DNA from: a virus
Taxonomy: Duplodnaviria > Caudoviricetes
IMG/VR virus record: IMGVR_UViG_3300037067_017580
Location: 12,860-76,859 of that record
DNA: 64,000 nt
Direction: 5' to 3' (one strand)
Positions 27,744 through 37,000 of the stretch are shown piece after piece (position 1 is the first letter of the stretch; each line of letters opens with the position of its first letter). A program made the position numbers and the translations under genes. The notes under the pieces are model-generated. The model ran no database searches and was not told the origin of the DNA. It saw only the letters and a list, made by a program, of their open reading frames with translations.

Positions 27744-28550
27744 TTAAAACGGAATAATTGCATCTTTTTCCACAATTGTATCATATAAATAATCTATATT
27801 TTTTTCTAAATGTTCAAAACCAACTTCATCGTTATTAACTATAATATCGGCGATTATACTATCCATTTCTGTTTCCGACTTATGTTGCCCGGTTTGATTA
27901 TTTTTTCCATTAACTCTTACCAAAATTCCCTTATTTTCTTTAATAAATTTGGCTTCGTTCAAAAATCTTACATCATCAATAACAATCAAATTATTTTGCT
28001 TTTTTATATCATTATATTTTTTAAGAGCGATATTAATCCAAATTGCTTCATTATATCCCCGTCCAACATCTGTCCCAATTAGCTGAAGAAGCTTTCTTCC
28101 CTTATCATCTTTTAGTCCGTTCCAGCCAAATTGTTCTACTGCAATTTTCTTAACTGGTTCAGCAAACGAGATAAGACAATCATCATTAGAAAAAAGTTCA
28201 TAAAAATGAAAATTAACGATATCTTCTATAAGTTCTCTTTCTTTTTTCTCTGTAAAGTCACTATTAAGAGTATTACCTACATATTCAAGTTCAATATCTT
28301 TAAAAACTTGTTCCCAGCCATAATATTTCATCAAAAACAATTTTGCCAATGTGGATTTACCAGAACCTGCCTTTCCTATAAATCCAATAAAAATTGGCTT
28401 TGATTTTTTTATAATCTCTTTTGATTTATTAATTAATTTATCAAGTTCTTTGTTATATTCTTTTGGAAACTTATAAAAATCAATTTCTGATTTACAATTT
28501 TTTAAATTATTTATTAATTTATCAAAAATATCTAATTCTTCTTTATTCAT
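27744..28550 (-). CDS. Deoxynucleoside monophosphate kinase
   Basis: GKAGSGKST, SFAEPVK, RKLLQLIGTDVGR, DDVRFLNE, H.SE. Confidence 0.85.
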   Translation of the reverse strand: MNKEELDIFDKLINNLKNCKSEIDFYKFPKEYNKELDKLINKSKEIIKKSKPIFIGFIGKAGSGKSTLAKLFLMKYYGWEQVFKDIELEYVGNTLNSDFTEKKERELIEDIVNFHFYELFSNDDCLISFAEPVKKIAVEQFGWNGLKDDKGRKLLQLIGTDVGRGYNEAIWINIALKKYNDIKKQNNLIVIDDVRFLNEAKFIKENKGILVRVNGKNNQTGQHKSETEMDSIIADIIVNNDEVGFEHLEKNIDYLYDTIVEKDAIIPF

Positions 28551-28569
28551 TTTTTATCCTTAAAAAATT

Positions 28570-28640
28570 TTAACCCGGTTTGAGTCGAACAAACATATTC
28601 TGCGTCAAAGGCAGAAACCTTACCGTTGGGTTACGGGTTA
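28570..28640 (-). tRNA. tRNA-Gln(UUG), CCA not encoded
   Basis: Acceptor TAACCCG/CGGGTTA, anticodon arm TCTGC-CTTTGAC-GCAGA, T arm GTTTG-TTCGACT-CAAAC. Confidence 0.9.
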
Positions 28641-28647
28641 GTTTTGC

Positions 28648-28722
28648 TGGAGCAGATGAAGAGATTCAAACTCTCGTAATTTTGGTTGGAAACCAAACAC
28701 CTAGTCGCTAGGTTACATCTGC
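28648..28722 (-). tRNA. tRNA-Gly(UCC) with encoded CCA and non-canonical A19/U56
   Basis: Acceptor GCAGATG/CATCTGC, U73, anticodon arm TTTGG-TTTCCAA-CCAAA, T-loop TTTGAAT. Confidence 0.88.
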
Positions 28723-28728
28723 AAATTT

Positions 28729-29094
28729 TTACCATACCGAAGAACAAATAAGTCTTTCTGTGTGATCGTCTTTCCTAAGTTGATCAAATAATGAATATGT
28801 TTTTCTATCGTTTTCGTCATCATATGTTATATGCATCATTTCTGGTATAGAAAGCTCTTTTATAATAAAAATTTCATCTTGTTCGCAGTCACAATTACAT
28901 CCTTGTTGTCTTGCAATTTTTTCTGCTGATTTTTCATCTTTTGCAATAACCCAATCAGTTTCCCCACCATCAACAGAATATACCCATGTTTTACGTGGCT
29001 CAAATTTTTCACAATTAATATGGTGAATTGCCCAATCTATTCTACTATTGCCCGTAGGTATTCTAGCCCAGTTCAAACATTCGCAATTAATCAT
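28729..29094 (-). CDS. Hypothetical protein
   Basis: Tiling ORF directly upstream of the tRNAs. Confidence 0.55.
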   Translation of the reverse strand: MINCECLNWARIPTGNSRIDWAIHHINCEKFEPRKTWVYSVDGGETDWVIAKDEKSAEKIARQQGCNCDCEQDEIFIIKELSIPEMMHITYDDENDRKTYSLFDQLRKDDHTERLICSSVW

Positions 29095-29350
29095 TTGTAT
29101 CCACCTTAATTTTATAATCCAGTTCTGCCTGTTCTAATATTTCATTTTCTTCTTCTATGGCTAAGCCAACGTATTTTTTACTAAGTAAGTCTTTTATCCA
29201 ATTAATTTCAATATAATCTGGCTCAGGAGGTTCCCCTCCATCATATCCAAAAAATCCCCTATGACCATCTATTTTGTCATAGTCTACCAAATAAGATCTT
29301 TCAATATCTGTCTCATTATCTGTTATAGTAGCTGTAAATTGATGTCCCAT
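29087..29350 (-). CDS. Hypothetical protein
   Basis: Tiling ORF; AAGGA RBS. Confidence 0.55.
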   Translation of the reverse strand: MGHQFTATITDNETDIERSYLVDYDKIDGHRGFFGYDGGEPPEPDYIEINWIKDLLSKKYVGLAIEEENEILEQAELDYKIKVDTND

Positions 29351-29353
29351 TTC

Positions 29354-29653
29354 TTATTCCTTTCTTGGTCGTCCTCTTTTCTTCTTTATTATAGCAGGAA
29401 TTTCTTGAGTGTCAATAGAAAAATAATTATTTTTATTTTTTATTGCATCTTTTGACCAATCAGGGGCATCTTTTCCATTAAAAATAACACATTTTCCCTC
29501 TTTGCATCCACAATCTTCATAAAAAATAATGTTTTTATCTTCATTTTTTAATGAACAATATCCATTTATATATAAAAAAGACTCTCTAAAAATCTTTCCT
29601 ATAATTTTTTCACAAAATAAAATATCTTTTAAATACTTACAAAAAATAGCCAT
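29354..29653 (-). CDS. Hypothetical protein with AT-hook-like tail
   Basis: Ends KKKRGRPRKE. Confidence 0.55.
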   Translation of the reverse strand: MAIFCKYLKDILFCEKIIGKIFRESFLYINGYCSLKNEDKNIIFYEDCGCKEGKCVIFNGKDAPDWSKDAIKNKNNYFSIDTQEIPAIIKKKRGRPRKE

Positions 29654-29668
29654 TTTGTTCTTTCTATT

Positions 29669-30094
29669 TTATTTTCTGTTTCCATCTGGCCCAAAATAAG
29701 TATCAGGAATTGTCATGCTTTGTGTTATAGAATCTTTTTTAATCGGTTTACCTTTGATTGTGGGGTCAAATTTTACCACAACACAAGTAGAACTGCCAAC
29801 TTTTTGTGGATTTTTATTCTTTTTCGGCTCTTCTTTAATCTCTTTGTACTCTTGAGCTACGATCATATCAACAATATCATCGGCAGAGCGGGTAGACGCT
29901 CTTGTGGGAATTTCTGCTTCGGTCAAATATTTTACAATTCCATCTCTAAAAATATCAGATTTGAAAAATTTAATAACAGCAGTCGCCCCTTTTCCAGCTA
30001 CCTTTGCCCGATTATCATTGCCAAGAACTTCGCCAGAATATTCATTAACATGCTTGCGAACAATATCATTTACTATTTTTCTAAACTCTCCCAC
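29669..30094 (-). CDS. Hypothetical protein
   Basis: AAAGGAGA RBS; GTG start. Confidence 0.55.
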   Translation of the reverse strand: MGEFRKIVNDIVRKHVNEYSGEVLGNDNRAKVAGKGATAVIKFFKSDIFRDGIVKYLTEAEIPTRASTRSADDIVDMIVAQEYKEIKEEPKKNKNPQKVGSSTCVVVKFDPTIKGKPIKKDSITQSMTIPDTYFGPDGNRK

Positions 30095-30351
30095 TATTTA
30101 TCTCCTTTAAAAAAATTGACAATAGATTGCCAAATTCCGGTTTTGCTATTGCTTTTAGAAATATCCCTGTCTACTTTTCCATCCAGCATAAGTTCTTCAA
30201 GATATTTTGATGCTTCTTTTTTAGAAATTTTATACATGTCTTCTAAATACTTAGCGGCAAGTTCATGGCTATCAAACTTAGTTCCGTTAATATACCACAC
30301 AATTTCTTCCCCAATTTCACAATAATCATTTTTGTTTTTATAGTTTTTCAT
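30094..30351 (-). CDS. Hypothetical protein
   Basis: Tiling ORF. Confidence 0.5.
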   Translation of the reverse strand: MKNYKNKNDYCEIGEEIVWYINGTKFDSHELAAKYLEDMYKISKKEASKYLEELMLDGKVDRDISKSNSKTGIWQSIVNFFKGDK

Positions 30352-30644
30352 TAGTTTTTCCTTGCCTTTTTGTTTAAAATAACCGCATTATCGTAGTGTT
30401 TTTTGTCTCTTGTGTTAAGATATAAAGAATATTCCATAAAACAATCTTTAGATACTGTTTCTAATTTTGAATTTATTTTTCCTGTTCTGAATGCAGCTTC
30501 TCTTGGATTATAAAGTTTTAAAGACTCAAAAAGACAAAAATAAAATTCTTTATCATTATTCTTAACATAAGCAGAACAAGCAAAATCTTTTCTGTCTGTT
30601 ATCTTCCCTTGAGAATCATAATAAATTTCTACTTTTTTATCCAT
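30351..30644 (-). CDS. Hypothetical phage protein
   Basis: AAGGAG RBS; tiling ORF. Confidence 0.6.
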   Translation of the reverse strand: MDKKVEIYYDSQGKITDRKDFACSAYVKNNDKEFYFCLFESLKLYNPREAAFRTGKINSKLETVSKDCFMEYSLYLNTRDKKHYDNAVILNKKARKN

Positions 30645-30654
30645 TTTTTACTCC

Positions 30655-30972
30655 TTATTTATATAGACAAATTTCATAAACTTCTTTTTGAACATCGTCT
30701 TCTAATTCTAAAATAATTTGATCTAAATTACCTACTATACCATCTGCTACTCCTAAAAATGGCTTATCATAAATTATAACTGACAAAGACTTGTCTCCAC
30801 AAAAGGGACATTTAATTATTATGTCTCTTTTAAACGGCTCCTCTTGTTTTTTAACATAGAGAATTGCAAGTTCTTTTCCACATCCGGCACATTTGATTAT
30901 TGTTTTTTCCATTTCACCAGTTTGCCTTTTTATCATTTGAAAACATTCCGCAATTACTAATTTTGCACACAA
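30655..30972 (-). CDS. Zinc-finger protein
   Basis: CAGCGK and CPFCGD. Confidence 0.6.
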   Translation of the reverse strand: MCAKLVIAECFQMIKRQTGEMEKTIIKCAGCGKELAILYVKKQEEPFKRDIIIKCPFCGDKSLSVIIYDKPFLGVADGIVGNLDQIILELEDDVQKEVYEICLYK

Positions 30973-31153
30973 TAATACCTGTTACAGCAAGAAAAACTAC
31001 TAATGTTGAAAAATATGGGATAAAAGAAACTACAATTAAACAATTTCTGTCTCCTATTGTCCATTCGGTCTGACCACAAACACATTTATTACTAATTTTT
31101 GTTAATATATAGCAACTCGGAATTGACAATAGATAAATAATTAAAAATATCAT
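30914..31153 (-). CDS. Hypothetical membrane protein
   Basis: Hydrophobic segments; AGGAG RBS. Confidence 0.5.
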   Translation of the reverse strand: MIFLIIYLLSIPSCYILTKISNKCVCGQTEWTIGDRNCLIVVSFIPYFSTLVVFLAVTGIIVCKISNCGMFSNDKKANW

Positions 31154-31161
31154 ATTTTCTC

Positions 31162-32067
31162 CTAAATTTTCTCATTAATAACAATTGCCCCACCAAGAGA
31201 AACAACCCTATCTGTAAAAACTTGTTCTTTATCGGTATTAAACATTGAGCCTTTCCAAATTCCATATTTAGCATCAATATTATCCGCAAAATGGAGCAAC
31301 TGCGCAGTAAAGATAGCTGGAACTACAGGAGAACCCCAATCTTTTTGCCCGTGATGTGATAAAATGCAATGTTTAAGCATAAGAACATCTTTTGGTGTTA
31401 AGTCATATTTATTTCTACAAATATAATTTTCAACAGTTTCAGCCCCAATATAAAGATGTTCCAAGGATATCCCAAGTAGTGTATTAGATATTGTCCCATC
31501 TTTTTCAAATGAATATACTTTAATTTTACCAATATCATGTAAAACAGCCGCCGCAAAGAGTAATTCTACATCAATATTATCAGAATAAAGTTCAGAAAAC
31601 TTTTCACATGTCTTTAAAACATAGTAGGTGTGACAAAGCAAGCCACCCCTAAAATCATGGTGAACTGCTTTCGCTCCCGGAGATTCTAAAAATCCAACCT
31701 CATTGTCTTTTATAATATCAAAAACTAGCTTAGAAAAACGCCCCATTTTGCCAATCATGTGTTTAATATATGAATAACATTCTTGTTTATCAAACTTAAT
31801 TGCTGTGGCGGTTTGCAAATGAGAAAATTCTTTTGATTGCTTTTCTGATAAAACTTCATAGTCTTTAACAATTAATTGTGTTTTACCATTGTATGATTCT
31901 TCATTAAATTGTATGGCGCTAATAATATCATTCTCTTTTAGTTCAGCAACGATGTCCCAAATCTTTCCATCTTTTTTAGAACCATCCTCAACGTTGGCAA
32001 TAAAAGAATAATATTGCTTTCCAGATTTTGTTTTTGCTTTTTTAAGAGATTTAACGCAAATAATCAT
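31162..32067 (-). CDS. YhaM/Cbf1-like OB-fold plus HD-domain 3'-5' exoribonuclease
   Basis: N-terminal OB (KTKSGKQY...GKIWD), HH...GGLL.HT, LHDIGK, SHHG...WGSP, DNIDAK. Confidence 0.88.
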   Translation of the reverse strand: MIICVKSLKKAKTKSGKQYYSFIANVEDGSKKDGKIWDIVAELKENDIISAIQFNEESYNGKTQLIVKDYEVLSEKQSKEFSHLQTATAIKFDKQECYSYIKHMIGKMGRFSKLVFDIIKDNEVGFLESPGAKAVHHDFRGGLLCHTYYVLKTCEKFSELYSDNIDVELLFAAAVLHDIGKIKVYSFEKDGTISNTLLGISLEHLYIGAETVENYICRNKYDLTPKDVLMLKHCILSHHGQKDWGSPVVPAIFTAQLLHFADNIDAKYGIWKGSMFNTDKEQVFTDRVVSLGGAIVINEKI

Positions 32068-32242
32068 TATTTTGCACTTTCCTGAACAAGTTTTACAATT
32101 TTATAATATTTATAACTTATGTATCCGTTTTTCATCATACTTCTTGCCTCTTTTCTGGTGACAAAAATATGGGCAAAGTTACAGTGTATCCCTGAAATCT
32201 CTCCATTTTTTTTATAAATTATTGCCCACCAGTGTTTATTTT

Positions 32243-32974
32243 TCATTTTACCTCTTTTCCCTTAAGGTATTCTTTAATCTCTGTCTGCGACTTAATAATT
32301 TCTCTAGCTGATTCAAAATTTAACAAAGAAATATCGTCTACTGGCTCTTTTTTAATCGCAACTAGAACATCTTTTAGTGTTGTTTTGTTATCAGAGATAA
32401 ATTTTTCAATAATTCTTTTCTGTAGATCTGTGGTTGGTTGACTATTTGTAACAACCTCTTCCTCTTCTGAGTCCATGACTTCTTCTGCGGCAACGATATT
32501 AAGATTAAGAGCCTTACGATAAATTCTTGCTTCTGCGCGTGTTACAGCACTAGAAACACTATATTTACCGAAGTCCCATCCAGAATTATAATATGGGCGG
32601 CAATCTGCGGCGTCTGAAAATGTTCTACGTAAATCACCCTGTAAAAATGTAATAGTCATGGTAGCAATAGCTCCAGACATTTTCCCTTCTTCAAATATCG
32701 GGCTAGTTTCTATGTGTTGATCTATAATTGTGCCAATTTTGTCTTGAGCAACACGACGCAATCCATTAATTTTTACATATTCGACACCGTTTTTCGTTGC
32801 TTTTTCATTATCATAGAACAAACACAGATCAGAAGGAGCATCTTTTTGCTCTTCCATTGTTATCTCTTCAAATTTTACCCTTACTTCGTCATCAGACATT
32901 TTTGCAACGTCTTCTTGATTAGCCCCGTGGATTTCTGATAACTCTTTTCTCATCGTTGACGCCCTTTTAGCCAT
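32243..32974 (-). CDS. Possible Rad52/Sak-like single-strand annealing protein
   Basis: YVKINGLRRVA...FSDAADC...AVTRAEARIYRKAL pattern; has its own promoter. Confidence 0.4.
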   Translation of the reverse strand: MAKRASTMRKELSEIHGANQEDVAKMSDDEVRVKFEEITMEEQKDAPSDLCLFYDNEKATKNGVEYVKINGLRRVAQDKIGTIIDQHIETSPIFEEGKMSGAIATMTITFLQGDLRRTFSDAADCRPYYNSGWDFGKYSVSSAVTRAEARIYRKALNLNIVAAEEVMDSEEEEVVTNSQPTTDLQKRIIEKFISDNKTTLKDVLVAIKKEPVDDISLLNFESAREIIKSQTEIKEYLKGKEVK

Positions 32975-33031
32975 TTTTTATTGCCCTTTTTACAAACCCT
33001 AAACAATGTCTTGCCGCAACTTGATATACTT

Positions 33032-33059
33032 ATTATATATTAAAAATCCAATTTGTCAA
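33032..33059 (-). promoter_or_regulatory. Sigma70 promoter TTGACA-N16-TATAAT
   Basis: Perfect hexamers in the intergenic gap upstream of 32974. Confidence 0.85.
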
Positions 33060-33067
33060 GATAAAAA

Positions 33068-33466
33068 TCAACATTTTTCAAAAATTTTTGCTACTTCTTC
33101 TATTTTTGTTGTGGGAGCGAGAGTTATAACCTCTTGAAAACTATCCCTATTCGGTTCTATTGTATCAACGATAAGAATTTTTTTATGGGCTAACCCTTCT
33201 CTGGCGGCATCACAAGAAGAAGAGCAAGAAGAAAAAGAAACCGCTACAGCATTTCTATTTTTCATAGCTGTAGAAATAGAACAATTAACAAACATCGTTC
33301 TAAAAATATCACAAATTGGTTCGTCGCAGGCAATAACAACTGGATTTTTAAGTATTTTTATCAATTCATAGAGCCAAGTTGACCGCTGTGCTTTGTCTTT
33401 TTTAAAATTATCAATATAAAAAATTAGTGTTTTATATTGGTTTTCTGGTATTTTTTCTATACTCAT
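33068..33466 (-). CDS. Hypothetical protein
   Basis: Translationally coupled to gmd. Confidence 0.55.
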   Translation of the reverse strand: MSIEKIPENQYKTLIFYIDNFKKDKAQRSTWLYELIKILKNPVVIACDEPICDIFRTMFVNCSISTAMKNRNAVAVSFSSCSSSCDAAREGLAHKKILIVDTIEPNRDSFQEVITLAPTTKIEEVAKIFEKC

Positions 33467-34452
33467 TTATTTTCCAAATCATAATTTACCATTGTTCTTG
33501 CCAACTTTTCAACATCAAAAAAGCTTGTCCAGCCTAACTTAGTCCTAATTTTAGAAGAATCTCCACAAAGATACGTTAAATCATTTGGCCGCATAAACGT
33601 TTCCGTATTATGACGAATATGCCTATTAAAACAAAAATAATTTTGTCTAAGTTTTTCATTTCCATATTTAAAACAAAGATCTATAAATTCTTTTCCGGTT
33701 GTAGATTTTTCTGTTGAAACAACATAATCTTCAAGAATATCTGATTCTCCAACTAAAATTAAAGCGTTTGCATAATCTCCAGCATAGCCCCAGTCTCTTA
33801 CAAAATTAAGATTTCCAAGCTCTATAAACTCTTTATTACCTTGAATGATATCCCTCATTCCAAGAGTAATTTTACGAGTAAAAAAGTTTTCTCCACGCTT
33901 TTCCGATTCATAATTAAACATAATAACAGAAGCCGCATTCATTCCATAGGAATCTCTATATACACGAACAGCATTATGCCCAACGGTTTTTGCTAACCCA
34001 TATGGACTACGAGGAAGAAGTTGGGAATTCTCATTGATTTTGCCACCATCAATATATCCAAACATCTCCGAACTAGAACATTGAACAAATTTACAGTCTT
34101 TTTTGTGCTTTCTTATTGCTTCAAGACAGTTTACTACTCCAACTCCAGTGACGTTAATTGTCGAAACAGGAGTGACCCATGATTCTTGAACATATGACAT
34201 AGCTGCACAATTAAAAAACACATCTGGGCTATATTTTTTTACAACTTCTTCAATAGATGTTACGTCGCAAAGATCAAATGTCTCAAAAATAAAATTCTTA
34301 TTCTCAAAAAAATGTTTTCTATCTTTAAGTTTTTCACTAATATTTGTGGTGTGACGGCACAGACCAATAACTTTATAATCTTTATCAAGAAGTTTATTTA
34401 CCAAAAAGTATGCCATTTGTCCAGTAAGACCAGTAACTATCGCTGTTTTCAA
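33463..34452 (-). CDS. gmd: GDP-mannose 4,6-dehydratase
   Basis: TGLTGQ, AAMSYVQESW, QCSSSEMFG, PRSPYGLAK, FNYES.KRGENFFTRKIT, LGNL..VRDWG. Confidence 0.92.
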   Translation of the reverse strand: MKTAIVTGLTGQMAYFLVNKLLDKDYKVIGLCRHTTNISEKLKDRKHFFENKNFIFETFDLCDVTSIEEVVKKYSPDVFFNCAAMSYVQESWVTPVSTINVTGVGVVNCLEAIRKHKKDCKFVQCSSSEMFGYIDGGKINENSQLLPRSPYGLAKTVGHNAVRVYRDSYGMNAASVIMFNYESEKRGENFFTRKITLGMRDIIQGNKEFIELGNLNFVRDWGYAGDYANALILVGESDILEDYVVSTEKSTTGKEFIDLCFKYGNEKLRQNYFCFNRHIRHNTETFMRPNDLTYLCGDSSKIRTKLGWTSFFDVEKLARTMVNYDLENK

Positions 34453-35193
34453 TTATTTTCTCCTTAAACTTTCTAACATCTTATAATTATTTTGAACATC
34501 TTTATGTTTAGGCCCAGAAGTAGAGGTCTCTGGATGATTAAAATGCCAGAGTGGGCCAGAAATTCTTTCAATCTGATATCCATTTTGTTTCGCCCTTAAA
34601 ACTCTTTCATTATCTTCAAATCCCCAGCCTCTAAATTCTTCGTTCTCTAATCCTATCTTTTCATATCTTGTGCGGTCAAAAACAAAGCAACCACCAACAG
34701 AATCACTTATTGCGCAAGTATAGAATAAACTATTAAAATCTCCATTTTTTATCGCTGCTTCGTCAAAAATATCTACATTTTGAAATCTTCCATCATATGG
34801 AAAACAAAACATACAATCTTCGTTATCTCCTATTTTTTTAACAGCCTGATTATAGCCGAAAGGAAAAGTTAAAACATCTACGTCTTGGTTGACAATAATA
34901 TCTGTTTCTGCCATTTTTGTCATCAGATTAAGAATTTTAGTTCTATGAAAACAATCTTCCATTGGTTCAAATATATATCTAGCGCCGATTTGTTCTACTG
35001 TATCTTTATTTTGTGATTCTTTGTCGTGTTCACACACAATTATGTTAGAGCAAATATTTTTAAATATAAAATCTGTAACATGTACTAAATTTCTTAATCT
35101 TTCTTCGCAGTCTTTTCTAAATGGAATAATAAAAGTAGCATTATTGATCATCGTTAAACACCATATACCGGAACATTTTGATTTTTCCCACAA
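34453..35193 (-). CDS. GT7/GT2-like beta-galactosyltransferase-family protein
   Basis: FIIPFR, FHRTKILN, NQDVD, GGCF, ENEEFRGWGFEDNE. Confidence 0.8.
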   Translation of the reverse strand: MWEKSKCSGIWCLTMINNATFIIPFRKDCEERLRNLVHVTDFIFKNICSNIIVCEHDKESQNKDTVEQIGARYIFEPMEDCFHRTKILNLMTKMAETDIIVNQDVDVLTFPFGYNQAVKKIGDNEDCMFCFPYDGRFQNVDIFDEAAIKNGDFNSLFYTCAISDSVGGCFVFDRTRYEKIGLENEEFRGWGFEDNERVLRAKQNGYQIERISGPLWHFNHPETSTSGPKHKDVQNNYKMLESLRRK

Positions 35194-35420
35194 CGATCTT
35201 TAATTCTTCTAGTGCCAAGAAACTTAGCTCCAATTTTCTCTAAGTTTAACCTAACCCATTCACGAGACATTCCAGTTTCGTCAGATAATTCTTTTATAGA
35301 AAGACCATTTTTAATATTGCTTTTTTCTGCTAATTCTCTAAAAATTCCTTTGATATCTATGCTTAAACCTTCTCTACTTTTGCTTTTTGTACCCCGATAC
35401 GTTCTATTTGTGGAATCCAA
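35154..35420 (-). CDS. Small HTH DNA-binding protein
   Basis: LSIKELSDETGMSREWVR. Confidence 0.55.
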   Translation of the reverse strand: MDSTNRTYRGTKSKSREGLSIDIKGIFRELAEKSNIKNGLSIKELSDETGMSREWVRLNLEKIGAKFLGTRRIKDRCGKNQNVPVYGV

Positions 35421-36124
35421 GTATAGTCTCCTTTATTAACCTCAAACGACACCAAACCAAAATCAACCAATCCTGAACACTGTCTAGCCCCGAACTTAGA
35501 ACCATACCCCTGAAGAGCAGGAAGAGTCATAGCAAGCCAATCTGCATCTCCACAATGATAATAATAATGAACATGCCCACGAAGAATAACATCAGCCTTT
35601 GGGGCTTCTTTTCTTTCTGCCCATAACGAATTCCAAAGCCATTCTTTTGCGATAGCCGTACCCTTTGTATGAGGAACGCCAGATGAAGCAATCTTGTGCT
35701 TTACATCAAAAATAACACCATCTACTTCAACCCATAAGTGTCCAGTAATTTTTGCTCCAAGTTTATCAGCAATAATTTTTTCATAGTCTTCTTCTTTTCC
35801 TGTATGATACGGAGTACCATAAACCATCATAACTTTTTTAGGGTTAATCATTTTTATCAGTTCTGTAGCCATTTCTGCTTGCTCTAGTCGATCTGTAGTA
35901 ATTTGTTCTGTTCCCCCACTTTTCTCACCTTTACCATCAATAGCATCTCCAGCAACAACAAGTAAGTCTGGATTCATATTATTTTTAATTAATTTTAAAT
36001 ATTTATCATATATAAATCTTTGTGTTTTCCCAATAATTGTTTTTTCAGAAATATGCCAATTTGGATGAGTAAGTCCAAGAATATTTCCACAGTGTGGATC
36101 AGAAATAAATAAAACTTTTTTCAT
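35363..36124 (-). CDS. Metallophosphoesterase-like protein
   Basis: SDPHCG, GDAIDG, GTPYH, RGHVHY. Confidence 0.8.
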   Translation of the reverse strand: MKKVLFISDPHCGNILGLTHPNWHISEKTIIGKTQRFIYDKYLKLIKNNMNPDLLVVAGDAIDGKGEKSGGTEQITTDRLEQAEMATELIKMINPKKVMMVYGTPYHTGKEEDYEKIIADKLGAKITGHLWVEVDGVIFDVKHKIASSGVPHTKGTAIAKEWLWNSLWAERKEAPKADVILRGHVHYYYHCGDADWLAMTLPALQGYGSKFGARQCSGLVDFGLVSFEVNKGDYTWIPQIERIGVQKAKVEKV

Positions 36125-36127
36125 CTA

Positions 36128-36862
36128 TCAATCCTTTTTCGTAAAATTAATTGAATTTTTTGCTTTTTTAAACACTATATCTGTACTGTTTTTATTTTCT
36201 TTTCTTCTAATTTTATTTATTTTTCTATATGTATCAATAATATCATCTTCTTTATTTAAACAATAAAAATAAAGACCAGCTTTATGAAAAAATAACACAT
36301 CATCATCTTTTATACTTTTTATCTTAGAATAAACCTTTTTGCTCTGTGTGTTCTTATCAAAATAATACAACAAAGCCCTCTTCTTTTCAAGAGAATTTTT
36401 TATATTTTCTATAGTTTTTTTAGATTTTAAATAGTGTGACGTATTAATGTATAAAAAATAATTAATACCTATTTTACCGTTACTTTTACCTTCTGGCAAG
36501 CTTATCGAAATAGGAATTTTTTTGCTGAAAAAATCACGACAAATTAAATAAAGCTTATCTTTTTGTTTAAACTCTTCTTTATCTTCTTTAAATATATCTA
36601 TAACTGAAAATAATTGGACGCCTTTTTCTTTCAATTGTATGATTTTTTCTGAAATCCACTTGATAGGTGGGACATTTTTTGGAGACTGGACTAAAACACA
36701 AATTCTTTGTGGGGAACATGACTGTTCCAGAATATTATTTATTGATTTTTCTATGTCTGATATCGTATTATTATTTTTTGTATCTATTATCACTCCATAT
36801 TCAAAAATCATTTCTTCTCCTTCAAGATTAAAACACCTTCCTAAATTCTGTCTTTCGACCAA
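36128..36862 (-). CDS. Hypothetical protein, possibly a degenerate GT-A fold
   Basis: SINNILEQSCSPQRICVL resembles GT2 N-termini; no clear DxD. Confidence 0.4.
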   Translation of the reverse strand: MVERQNLGRCFNLEGEEMIFEYGVIIDTKNNNTISDIEKSINNILEQSCSPQRICVLVQSPKNVPPIKWISEKIIQLKEKGVQLFSVIDIFKEDKEEFKQKDKLYLICRDFFSKKIPISISLPEGKSNGKIGINYFLYINTSHYLKSKKTIENIKNSLEKKRALLYYFDKNTQSKKVYSKIKSIKDDDVLFFHKAGLYFYCLNKEDDIIDTYRKINKIRRKENKNSTDIVFKKAKNSINFTKKD

Positions 36863-37000
36863 GCTTTAGAAATTTTTGTGTTGGCTATCGTAGCTTCTAG
36901 CGCTCCATCATTATAACCAGACGAATATCCAAGATTAAATATCACAATAAGATAAGTAATTATTAAAAATAATAAAAATATTTTTTCTATTTTATCTAGT

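Noticed and set aside
28570-28722. tRNA pair as a prophage attachment site
   Set aside because: No integrase nearby, no duplicated tRNA 3' end, and both flanks are phage-like
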